Origin: a virus
DNA length: 39,524 nucleotides
IMG/VR virus record: IMGVR_UViG_3300045988_026467
Direction: 5' to 3' (one strand)
Shown: positions 7,596 through 14,356 of the stretch, piece after piece
Position numbering within the stretch: the first letter of the stretch is position 1
Layout: every line of letters starts with the position of its first letter
Notes under the pieces: model-generated
What the model saw: the letters and a program-made list of their open reading frames with translations, nothing else
Told to the model about the DNA's origin: nothing
Databases searched by the model: none
Position numbers and translations under genes: made by a program

Positions 7596-7786
7596 GGTCT
7601 TGTTCCTCCTGTTCTTTTATAAATGAAACAGTGCTGTGTCATCTCGCTCCCTCGCATAAGTGTTGAACTCTCCATCATAAGCCGTTCGCCTTTTCAAAAC
7701 CGAGGCATTCAATGGGGTATGTCGACCATCGTTTTCACTTCTCTCAAATCCCATCTTCCTGCTTGCTGTTTCTTAACTCTGTAATA

Positions 7787-7815
7787 ATTATATTCGACAC
7801 AGTCGACTGTGTCAA
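7787..7815 (-). promoter_or_regulatory. Early (PR-like) promoter, perfect consensus
   Basis: The minus strand reads TTGACA (7815..7810), 17-nt spacer cagtcgactgtgtcgaa, TATAAT (7792..7787). Confidence 0.7.
7796..7813. promoter_or_regulatory. 18-bp perfect palindromic operator overlapping the -35 and spacer of the early promoter
   Basis: GACACAGTCGACTGTGTC. A related element ACAGTGCTGTGTC lies at 7628..7640. Confidence 0.6.
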
Positions 7816-7834
7816 TACTTTTTTCATGTTTTTC

Positions 7835-7863
7835 TTTACTCTGTCGATTTTTTGTGATATATT
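7835..7863 (+). promoter_or_regulatory. Candidate promoter for the cI-like gene
   Basis: TTTACT (7835..7840), 17-nt spacer, TGaTATATT extended -10 (TATATT 7858..7863). Confidence 0.45.
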
Positions 7864-7885
7864 CGAGACATAAGGAGGTGATTGA

Positions 7886-8260
7886 ATGAATGAAAGATTG
7901 AAAGACTTGCGAAAAACATTGAACTTGTCGCAGGATGCATTCGGTGAAAGAATCGGAATGTCCGGCGGTGCTATTTCTTTATTAGAAAAAGGAAAGCGAA
8001 ACGTCACTGAGCAGGTTGTCAAATCAATCTGCCGTGAATATTCCGTTGATTATATGTGGTTGACCACCGGAGACGGTGAGATGTTCGTGGAGAGCGATGA
8101 CGATTTCATGGAAAAGATTGACCGCATCATGGCAGGTGAGAACGACGCCCGAAAAAATATGATTAAGACGCTCTTGAATGCATCTGATGCAGACATCGAG
8201 GCTCTTGACAATCTGATTGATTATTATATTGAATTGCGTGGAAATAAAGAAAAAGACTGA
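7886..8260 (+). CDS. XRE-family HTH transcriptional regulator, cI-like repressor candidate (124 aa)
   Basis: LKDLRKTLNLSQDAFGERIGMSGGAISLLEKGKRN is a canonical XRE HTH. RBS AAGGAGGTG. Divergent from the early promoter. Confidence 0.75.
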   Translation: MNERLKDLRKTLNLSQDAFGERIGMSGGAISLLEKGKRNVTEQVVKSICREYSVDYMWLTTGDGEMFVESDDDFMEKIDRIMAGENDARKNMIKTLLNASDADIEALDNLIDYYIELRGNKEKD

Positions 8261-8416
8261 CAGTCTTTCAACTGCCAGTCTCGTGGGTGTAAAGGTACGA
8301 AACGAATTTGTATATCCTCTTGAGGGTTTTTTCACTTCGTATCTTTCCGACCATCTCGATGATGATGTCTCTGTACTTGATAGTGACCACCCCTTTCCGA
8401 TTCCGATTATACCACG

Positions 8417-8469
8417 GATTTCCACAATCATGGAAATATTGCAGGCGATTTCCACAATCATGGAAATAT
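8417..8469. repeat. Two tandem 23-bp repeats (30-bp period), each holding the palindrome ATTTCCA-N6-TGGAAAT
   Basis: GATTTCCACAATCATGGAAATAT occurs at 8417..8439 and 8447..8469, in the gap between the convergent cI-like and XRE genes. Confidence 0.85.
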
Positions 8470-8508
8470 ATCCACCTGCTGCCCGTCGTCAATCATACTA
8501 TGGTATGA

Positions 8509-8706
8509 TTATTTGTATTCGGATTCAAAAAGGTCGGTGATTTTAACATCCAGTGCAATGGCAATCAGTTCGAGTTGAAACAGTGTCGGAGACACTTTCC
8601 CGTTTTCGATGTTGTTGAGCGTAGATTTTCCGAGACCGGATTTCTTTGCCAACTCCATCAATGTGAGACCCTTTTCGGTTCTCGCATTCCATGTCAAAAT
8701 CTTCAT
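8509..8706 (-). CDS. XRE-family HTH regulator (65 aa)
   Basis: LTLMELAKKSGLGKSTLNNIENGKVSPTL. Start moved to ATG 8706 (MKILTW), which has GGAGGTG 6 nt upstream. The track start at 8715 is a GTG inside the RBS. Confidence 0.75.
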   Translation of the reverse strand: MKILTWNARTEKGLTLMELAKKSGLGKSTLNNIENGKVSPTLFQLELIAIALDVKITDLFESEYK

Positions 8707-8772
8707 CGTTCTCACCTCCTCTCCGCAGAGATTCAGTGTATACGATGAAAAATAGAGAATGGAGGTGCTGTG

Positions 8773-9303
8773 ATGTTACGTTGCAAGCAATGCCACAAAC
8801 TTGGATTGTTTCGCACTATCGACCCAAACACAGGAGTATGCCTTGAATGTGAGCAAAACAATATGAAACACCCCGATACTCCGAGAGAAATCATCCCAAT
8901 GGTTTCCACAATACATGTTCCTCGGTATTACATCGGGAATGGAATGAGATATATACAGACGGATTCTTTTGATTCTGTTCCCGTCCGTGTCAAGCAAGAC
9001 CTTAAGTTCTCTGCATTAAAACTCCGAGAGAAATGCAGATGTGATATAGAAAACGACGAGGTGTCTGTTTTTGTAAACTGGGATTGTTTGATTGGATATT
9101 TGGATGATAAAGAAATTCAAGAAATGGTTCGACGGTCGCTGAACAATAAACTCCCTTTATTTATACAGATATGTGGGATTGACAGCAGTTCAAAATCAAT
9201 CGAATTATGTATCGGATTTTATAAAATTGAAAAGTATGATTATTCACCGGACTATGACAGTCAATTTGATGATATAGATTTCGACGATATTGCATACTGC
9301 TAA
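8773..9303 (+). CDS. Zinc-ribbon protein with a possible HIRAN-like C-terminal domain (176 aa); lysogeny-module cargo
   Basis: N-terminal CKQCHK...CLEC. LKLREKCRCDIENDEVSVFVNWDCLIGYLDDKEIQEMV fits the HIRAN pattern (L.L.re...D.n.v.V....iGYl) only loosely. RBS GGAGGTG 5 nt before ATG 8773. Confidence 0.6.
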   Translation: MLRCKQCHKLGLFRTIDPNTGVCLECEQNNMKHPDTPREIIPMVSTIHVPRYYIGNGMRYIQTDSFDSVPVRVKQDLKFSALKLREKCRCDIENDEVSVFVNWDCLIGYLDDKEIQEMVRRSLNNKLPLFIQICGIDSSSKSIELCIGFYKIEKYDYSPDYDSQFDDIDFDDIAYC

Positions 9304-9310
9304 TAAAAAA

Positions 9311-9344
9311 AGGACGACCCCCACTGCAATGGGAATCGCCTTTT
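9311..9344 (+). terminator. Candidate intrinsic terminator after 8773..9303
   Basis: Imperfect hairpin AGGACGACCCCCA-ctgcaa-TGGGAATCGCCT followed by TTTT. It shares the 12-mer CCACTGCAATGG with the hairpin at 5642..5665. Confidence 0.45.
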
Positions 9345-9473
9345 GAAACATTATTCACACCTGCAAATGCACGGTATTAAATAACGCCTCTGCAAGCCTT
9401 ATTTTATCATAAAACCGTGCTACTGCATAGGTTTTTTCTTTATGCCCTTTTATGAGAAAGTGAGGTTTTTATC

Positions 9474-10571
9474 ATGAAAATGCCGAATGGATACGGCAGT
9501 GTTGTCAAACTGTCCGGAAAACGTCGCAAGCCTTGGGCGGTTCGCATCTCCTATATGGATGAATCACCCGACGGTGTCATCAAACGCAAACAGAAATACC
9601 TTGCATATTTTGTCAAGCAAGAATCCGCTTTGCAGTATCTTACCGAATACAACAACGGCTCTGTTGTTGCTGAACACATCAAATTCTCTGACGTTCCCAC
9701 GTTCGCCGAACTGTATGGGAAATGGAAGAAATACAAGAAATCACTCAAAGACAAATTATCAGATAGCACATGGAAGAATTATGAGATTGCTTTCAACCAT
9801 CTCGCTCCGCTGCATCCGGTCAAAATAATCAATATACGAGCGAATGACATGCAGGAATGTCTCAACGCCCACAATCATCAAAGCAAGTCCACCATCGGAA
9901 ACATGAGGGCATTGCTCAAGGGTGTGTATGCGTATGCGGTCATGAATGAATATGTCGAGCAGGACTTGACCCAGTTCCTGCAATTTGAATACACTGAGAC
10001 ATCCACATCCATTCACTCCCGTTTTTCCGACGAGGAGATTGAACTCCTGTGGCAGAAATTGTATGTCGTCAACAACGTGGATATTGTTCTCATATACATT
10101 TACACCGGAATGAGACCGACTGAGTTGCTTGAGGTGCTGACCGAGAACGTCCATCTTGATGAAAAATACATGGTCGGCGGTCTCAAGACTGAGAACGGAT
10201 ACGACCGACTGATTCCTCTCTGTGACAAGGTGCTGCCACTTATCCGGAACAGGTACAATCCCGACCGGAAATATTTAATCAATAACAAATACGGCAATCA
10301 TTACACATATGGAACATATCAAAATGGAAATTGGAACACTGTCATGGGAAAACTCGGATTGCAGCACACCCCTCACGATGGTCGATATACATTCGCAGCA
10401 CTCGCAGACAATGCCGGAATGAATATCGTGTGTCAACATGTCATTATGGGTCATGTGATGTCGGACGAGGAAAAGAAGAATTTCAAATCACGCACCGGAC
10501 AGGACATCACAAAAGGCGTATACACTCAGAAAACCATGAATGAACTGCTCAAAGAGGTCAATAAATTATGA
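9474..10571 (+). CDS. int: Tyrosine site-specific recombinase (phage integrase)
   Basis: 365 aa. GMRPTELLEV (Arg I), HTPHDGRYTFA (His-x-x-Arg), VIMGH, GVYTQKT (catalytic Tyr). Confidence 0.9.
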   Translation: MKMPNGYGSVVKLSGKRRKPWAVRISYMDESPDGVIKRKQKYLAYFVKQESALQYLTEYNNGSVVAEHIKFSDVPTFAELYGKWKKYKKSLKDKLSDSTWKNYEIAFNHLAPLHPVKIINIRANDMQECLNAHNHQSKSTIGNMRALLKGVYAYAVMNEYVEQDLTQFLQFEYTETSTSIHSRFSDEEIELLWQKLYVVNNVDIVLIYIYTGMRPTELLEVLTENVHLDEKYMVGGLKTENGYDRLIPLCDKVLPLIRNRYNPDRKYLINNKYGNHYTYGTYQNGNWNTVMGKLGLQHTPHDGRYTFAALADNAGMNIVCQHVIMGHVMSDEEKKNFKSRTGQDITKGVYTQKTMNELLKEVNKL

Positions 10572-10580
10572 TTCCGGTTT

Positions 10581-10646
10581 TGTCGCTCACCTGTCTCTCA
10601 CGGGAAAAATGGCGTGTCGCTCACCTGTCTCTCACCTGTCGCTCAC
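10581..10646 (+). repeat. Arm-type repeat cluster: TGTCGCTCAC x3 (a fourth copy at 10823..10832)
   Basis: TGTCGCTCACCTGTCTCTCAC at 10581..10601 and 10615..10635. TGTCGCTCAC at 10637..10646 and 10823..10832. TCTGACAAT also occurs at 10698..10706 and 10849..10857. Confidence 0.7.
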
Positions 10647-10711
10647 TTGTCACCATCATGGTTCTGTGAACGTCGTTGTACTTCCGTTTGAAACAATTCT
10701 GACAATAAGAA

Positions 10712-10746
10712 AACCCCACAGATTCGCCATCCGTGGGGTTCTTTTT
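10712..10746 (+). terminator. Intrinsic terminator downstream of int
   Basis: AACCCCAC (10712..10719) pairs with GTGGGGTT (10733..10740), followed by cTTTTT. Confidence 0.65.
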
Positions 10747-10883
10747 ATAAAATTAGCATACACCTTGTGCGAGCATAGCAATGGCACAATGTACGGCGTG
10801 GTTGCTGCATCTGCGAGAATTTTGTCGCTCACCAGTATACAGTCATTGTCTGACAATTCATTTTTGCACCCGTGAACTCCGGT

Positions 10884-11054
10884 CTATCTTTCCACTACTA
10901 CGAATCGCCTTTCCTCTTTTGGTCGCTCCGTTTCCTCGACACCGCAGACCGTGACATTTGCTCGTTGTGCCTTGCGTTCTGCATTGCATCGAATTTCATT
11001 CCCGTGACCGCAGAGGCATTTCATCTTTGTATCATATACATAGAAATATGCCAT
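10884..11054 (-). CDS. Small Cys-containing hypothetical protein (56 aa)
   Basis: Start moved to MAYFYVY (ATG 11054), preceded by GAGGAGGAGTGAG. Confidence 0.5.
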   Translation of the reverse strand: MAYFYVYDTKMKCLCGHGNEIRCNAERKAQRANVTVCGVEETERPKEERRFVVVER

Positions 11055-11129
11055 CTCACTCCTCCTCAGCTTCACGTTGCAGTTCCCATCCTCGTGTCTC
11101 TGCCTCTTTCTTGGTGTCAGCAGTATCCA

Positions 11130-11303
11130 TCAAACCGCCTCTCGCCCTCTGAGAATCTTCTCAACAATCAGTTTTTCGATATACGCCGGACACGCTCTCT
11201 CTCCGTTCTCCCATCCGCTCAATGTCCGGTATGGAATTTCTAACCATTCAGAGACCTCACGCCTTGACATATTCATCTGTTTCCGTGCATCTTCTATTGT
11301 CAT
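11130..11303 (-). CDS. Small HTH DNA-binding protein (57 aa)
   Basis: Own translation: MTIEDARKQMNMSRREVSEWLEIPYRTLSGWENGERACPAYIEKLIVEKILRGREAV. This is an XRE-like HTH with the W-E-x-G-x-R-x-P pattern. RBS GGGAGTGAG. Confidence 0.65.
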   Translation of the reverse strand: MTIEDARKQMNMSRREVSEWLEIPYRTLSGWENGERACPAYIEKLIVEKILRGREAV

Positions 11304-11418
11304 TCGTTCTCACTCCCTTGACTTTCTTTTTTTCTCCTGCTATGATTCGTTTATAGCACTTGGGGAGACTAGCAGGATGTTTCGGGATGTCTCCCCTCGT
11401 GTGACCCTTTATTCTATT

Positions 11419-11526
11419 TTATTCAAGCAATTCTGATAAGTATTCAATCAACTCCTCTTTCGGAGTGTCATTCCTAATTAGTGCAATTATCATCTTGATT
11501 ATTCCTCTGAACTGGTTATTTGTCAT
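11419..11526 (-). CDS. Possible 35-aa ORF, first in the mini-operon
   Basis: Own translation: MTNNQFRGIIKMIIALIRNDTPKEELIEYLSELLE. RBS GGAGAG 7 nt upstream. Very short, so weakly supported. Confidence 0.3.
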   Translation of the reverse strand: MTNNQFRGIIKMIIALIRNDTPKEELIEYLSELLE

Positions 11527-11579
11527 TTGATTGCTCTCCATGCTTTTCTCCTTTCCTGCTATTCCCTTGTTACAATTAT

Positions 11580-11608
11580 ATTATATGCTCATTGAGCCAC
11601 TTTGTCAA
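11580..11608 (-). promoter_or_regulatory. Perfect-consensus promoter driving the attP-proximal mini-operon
   Basis: The minus strand reads TTGACA (11608..11603), 17-nt spacer aagtggctcaatgagca, TATAAT (11585..11580). Confidence 0.65.
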
Positions 11609-11629
11609 CACTTTTTTTGCTCATTGAGC
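11587..11629. promoter_or_regulatory. Two copies of the 11-bp palindrome GCTCATTGAGC, one inside the promoter spacer and one upstream
   Basis: Copies at 11587..11597 and 11619..11629, 32 bp centre to centre. Confidence 0.6.
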
Positions 11630-11641
11630 AACTTTTTTTGC

Positions 11642-11676
11642 ATAGAAAAAGGGCAACAGGAATCAACCTGCTGCCC
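11642..11676 (-). terminator. Intrinsic terminator ending the late (structural and lysis) operon
   Basis: The minus strand reads AGGGCAGCAGG-ttgatt-CCTGTTGCCCT then TTTTTCTAT, 13 nt after the stop of 11689..12474. A T-run on the plus side also allows bidirectional action. Confidence 0.7.
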
Positions 11677-11688
11677 TCTGTTTTTTCA

Positions 11689-12474
11689 TTATCCGACTTT
11701 CTCAATGCTGACGTGACATGCTGCTGCCGACAGGAACAATCCGTCGATAGTCTCCACCATCGGCAGACCGTCGCACATGAATATTCTCTTGCCGATATAG
11801 GTCTGACCCTTGGATGCACGACCGCACTCGTTGTCGATGGTGAACGATGCAGAACGTCTCAGTCTGAGACTGCCCTCACACACAACCGTGATGTTGAATC
11901 GTCCGGTCTGTTCCTTAACCCGTTCCGGTTCATTGCCCTGTTGCACATCTTCTCCTCCGGTGCTCTGTGGCTGTGCATTCGCCCCATTCTCGTCCTCTCC
12001 TGCATCCGGCTGAGTATTTGCCTGCTCAGTGTTCTCCGTGCCGTTCTCGACGGTCTCAGCGTCACCCTGCTGCATCATATTCTCTCCTCCGGTGCTCTGT
12101 GGCTGTGCATTCGCCTCATTCTCGCCGTTTTCTCCGTTGGTTGGTTCATCTGTGCCCTGTGAGGCATTCTCGCCCTCTGTGTCGCCCTGTGGCTCGTTTC
12201 CTGTGACTGCTGCCACGGTTGCAGCAGTGGCAACTCCGACCTGCTGACCATCTGCATTGTAGGAGTTGACGCTGCCGTCTGCATTCGTTGCGAGTGCTCC
12301 ATCGGGAACATTATCGGTCAATGACCCGATGACGTTTCCATTTTCATCCCACACCACGAGGCTCTCGTCCTTGGCTGCTGCCTTGAGTGCTCCCTCGATG
12401 GTCTTGTATGGCTTACACTGTGCCTTGATGAACTCTGTTCCTGTTCCGAGATAGTACATTGTTGTTTCGCTCAT
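11689..12474 (-). CDS. Hypothetical protein (261 aa) with an acidic tandem-repeat linker and an SH3b-like C-terminus
   Basis: ORF track. Internal DNA repeat tctcctccggtgctctgtggctgtgcattcgcc at about 11951 and 12083 encodes ANAQPQSTGGE twice. The C-terminal LRLRRSASFTIDNECGRASKGQTY looks SH3-like. Confidence 0.65.
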   Translation of the reverse strand: MSETTMYYLGTGTEFIKAQCKPYKTIEGALKAAAKDESLVVWDENGNVIGSLTDNVPDGALATNADGSVNSYNADGQQVGVATAATVAAVTGNEPQGDTEGENASQGTDEPTNGENGENEANAQPQSTGGENMMQQGDAETVENGTENTEQANTQPDAGEDENGANAQPQSTGGEDVQQGNEPERVKEQTGRFNITVVCEGSLRLRRSASFTIDNECGRASKGQTYIGKRIFMCDGLPMVETIDGLFLSAAACHVSIEKVG

Positions 12475-12486
12475 GATAGTTTCCTC

Positions 12487-13248
12487 CTATTTTTTTAAGT
12501 ATTTTGAAGATGCAAAACCTGTCTGTCCGTTGTAGGCAATGAGCAACCATTTAATTCCGGACACGGTCGTATAATATCCGTAACATTTGACCTTTGAACC
12601 TTTCGGCATGGATGCAAGTTTTGTCTTGTTCTGTCCTGCTCCGGCTCTCAACGTCAACGGGTCTGTGTTAGTGCTGACCGTGTATGTGCCTGCGAGTGAT
12701 TTATTGAACGACTTCGCCGAATCCACTTTCGTGCTCGATGTGGTTTCGCTTGATGACATCTGATTGCTCGTCGTACCGCCTGCAAAATCTGCCACACGTC
12801 CGTATCCGATGATGTACTTGTCAGATACGTTGATGTTTCTGTATCCGACTGCATCGTTCTTGTTGCCCTCGATGGCTTTGATTGTGCTGCCGGATACACT
12901 CACCACATATCCCACATGAGTGGAATCTGCTTGCGTATGTTTGGATGAATAGAAAATCACATCACCACGTTTCGGTGTGTATGTGCCTCCGTAGTATTTC
13001 GCCTTTTCATATCTTCCTTTGTTCTTGAACCATTTCACTCCTGCGTCGCATGAGGCGAATGTCGGAATGAGGCTCGTCGGTGCTCCCACCAGTCTCGCAA
13101 TCGCTGTCACGAAAATCGCACACCATGCCACTGACATGGAAAACCCTGCTCCTGTCAATTCATTGTATAATTTGATGAACTGGTCATCACCAGTCGGCTC
13201 ACTCACTCCGAGGAATGAGATTGCCTTTTTGATAATTTTTTCAATCAT
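12487..13248 (-). CDS. Endolysin: N-terminal CHAP amidase/peptidase plus C-terminal SH3-like wall-binding domain
   Basis: SVAWCAIFV (catalytic Cys), STHVGYVV (His), AIEGN. C-terminal LTLRAGAG...GIKWLLIAYNGQTGFASSKYL. Start moved to MIEKIIKK (ATG 13248) with GAGGAGGAA upstream. Confidence 0.8.
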   Translation of the reverse strand: MIEKIIKKAISFLGVSEPTGDDQFIKLYNELTGAGFSMSVAWCAIFVTAIARLVGAPTSLIPTFASCDAGVKWFKNKGRYEKAKYYGGTYTPKRGDVIFYSSKHTQADSTHVGYVVSVSGSTIKAIEGNKNDAVGYRNINVSDKYIIGYGRVADFAGGTTSNQMSSSETTSSTKVDSAKSFNKSLAGTYTVSTNTDPLTLRAGAGQNKTKLASMPKGSKVKCYGYYTTVSGIKWLLIAYNGQTGFASSKYLKK

Positions 13249-13579
13249 TATCCTGTTCCTCCTCTGTGTCGTCTCCGAAATCTCCCATGAGTTCCGGAAA
13301 TTTCTCGTCAATAATTCCAAATAGCCACACGCCGATGAATATGAGCGGTGCTCCTATCCATATCGCACTCAGCAACACGGATATTCCTATCCCTACGACC
13401 CACGAGAGGAACGCTCCTGCATTCCCCTCCGGATACGCCTCCGGATACATTTCCCTGTCCTCGTCCTCTGCTTTTCCTATCCAGTAGAAAAACGCAATCA
13501 GACCGATGAATGTCAGCACCGCTCCCACGATGTAGATGGTCAACAGTATGTGCCAGTTGTTCATGAAAAACTGATACAT
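13241..13579 (-). CDS. Holin candidate (112 aa, three predicted TM helices, acidic C-tail)
   Basis: Hydrophobic segments HILLTIYIVGAVLTFIGLIAFFYWI, AFLSWVVGIGISVLLSAIWI and APLIFIGVWLFGII. Sits immediately upstream of, and overlapping, the endolysin start. Confidence 0.6.
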   Translation of the reverse strand: MYQFFMNNWHILLTIYIVGAVLTFIGLIAFFYWIGKAEDEDREMYPEAYPEGNAGAFLSWVVGIGISVLLSAIWIGAPLIFIGVWLFGIIDEKFPELMGDFGDDTEEEQDND

Positions 13580-13593
13580 TCACACCGCCTCCT

Positions 13594-13950
13594 CTACTGG
13601 GTATCGCCGGACACATATTCCTGTGCGGATTTATTTGTCTTGAGCATCGCTCTCATGCTCTCAAGTGCCTCGTCCACCCACATGGAGAACGTCGCAAATG
13701 AGACAATCTTTGCTGCCACCGGAAACCTGCTGATGAATAGGTCGTACACATATCTGAGTTTGAGTTGACCTGTTCCGTTTCCGAGTTCCTTTTCTGCTGT
13801 GGTTACCGCAAGTAATAACCACTGTTTGATTTTTGCCACCTGTTCCTTTGTTGGAAGTCCTGCAAATTTATATATGGCACATGCAACGCCTCCGGCAACT
13901 GCTGCCAGTGCGACGATGATGAACCAGTTTTCAACAATCCATTCTGCCAT
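13594..13950 (-). CDS. Holin, LL-H-like family candidate (118 aa)
   Basis: A single N-terminal TM helix (FIIVALAAVAGGVACAIY) is followed by an amphipathic helical region typical of that family. Confidence 0.5.
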   Translation of the reverse strand: MAEWIVENWFIIVALAAVAGGVACAIYKFAGLPTKEQVAKIKQWLLLAVTTAEKELGNGTGQLKLRYVYDLFISRFPVAAKIVSFATFSMWVDEALESMRAMLKTNKSAQEYVSGDTQ

Positions 13951-13952
13951 TT

Positions 13953-14324
13953 TTATTCCTCCTCTGTCTCTGCCGTGGTTTCTGTTTCCTCCGGCTCTGC
14001 TTGTGGAGTTTCCGTCTTTGGTTTCATGACCGTTTTGGATACCTTAATGAGTGCCATCGCACCGCCCTCAACTGAGAGAAAACGGAATACATTCTCAATC
14101 AGTGTCGACGGTTCTGAGCCTGTCTTTGCAAATAACACAATCATAACGACCGTAAAGATTAAGGCTGCAAGGATGTCACAGATAACCACACGATTCATGA
14201 ACTGACCGGAAACCTTGTTCTTTGCTTTTGCCTTTTTCAGTTGAATCCGTCTGAGTTTTCTCTCGTGCCGGATTTTCGCCTGCAATCGTCTTTTTGTTTC
14301 CCTGTTCACTTTTATCGCCTCCAT
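13953..14324 (-). CDS. Membrane protein (123 aa), hypothetical
   Basis: Basic N-terminus, TM helix VVICDILAALIFTVVMIVLF, acidic T/E-rich tail. Confidence 0.55.
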   Translation of the reverse strand: MEAIKVNRETKRRLQAKIRHERKLRRIQLKKAKAKNKVSGQFMNRVVICDILAALIFTVVMIVLFAKTGSEPSTLIENVFRFLSVEGGAMALIKVSKTVMKPKTETPQAEPEETETTAETEEE

Positions 14325-14356
14325 TCGTGACGTTGCCTTGCCCTGTCGCCCTCCTG

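Larger units (their letters stand above)
10572..10883. other. Probable attP region
   Basis: Non-coding stretch directly 3' of int. It carries clustered direct repeats and the int terminator. The core site cannot be defined without the host attB. Confidence 0.5.

Noticed and set aside
7596-7780. 44-aa minus ORF (MGFERSENDG...) in the early leader, considered as a cro-like gene
   Set aside because: Its GGAAG motif abuts the ATG with no spacing, and it has no HTH pattern. The support is too weak.
8024-8540. ORFs 8024..8461 (-), 8217..8540 (+), 8268..8492 (-) and 8308..8508 (+) covering the tandem palindromes
   Set aside because: Their translations merely repeat the palindrome (for example MIVEI...MIVEI). 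They overlap the cI-like gene or lack RBSs. The region is better explained as non-coding repeats.
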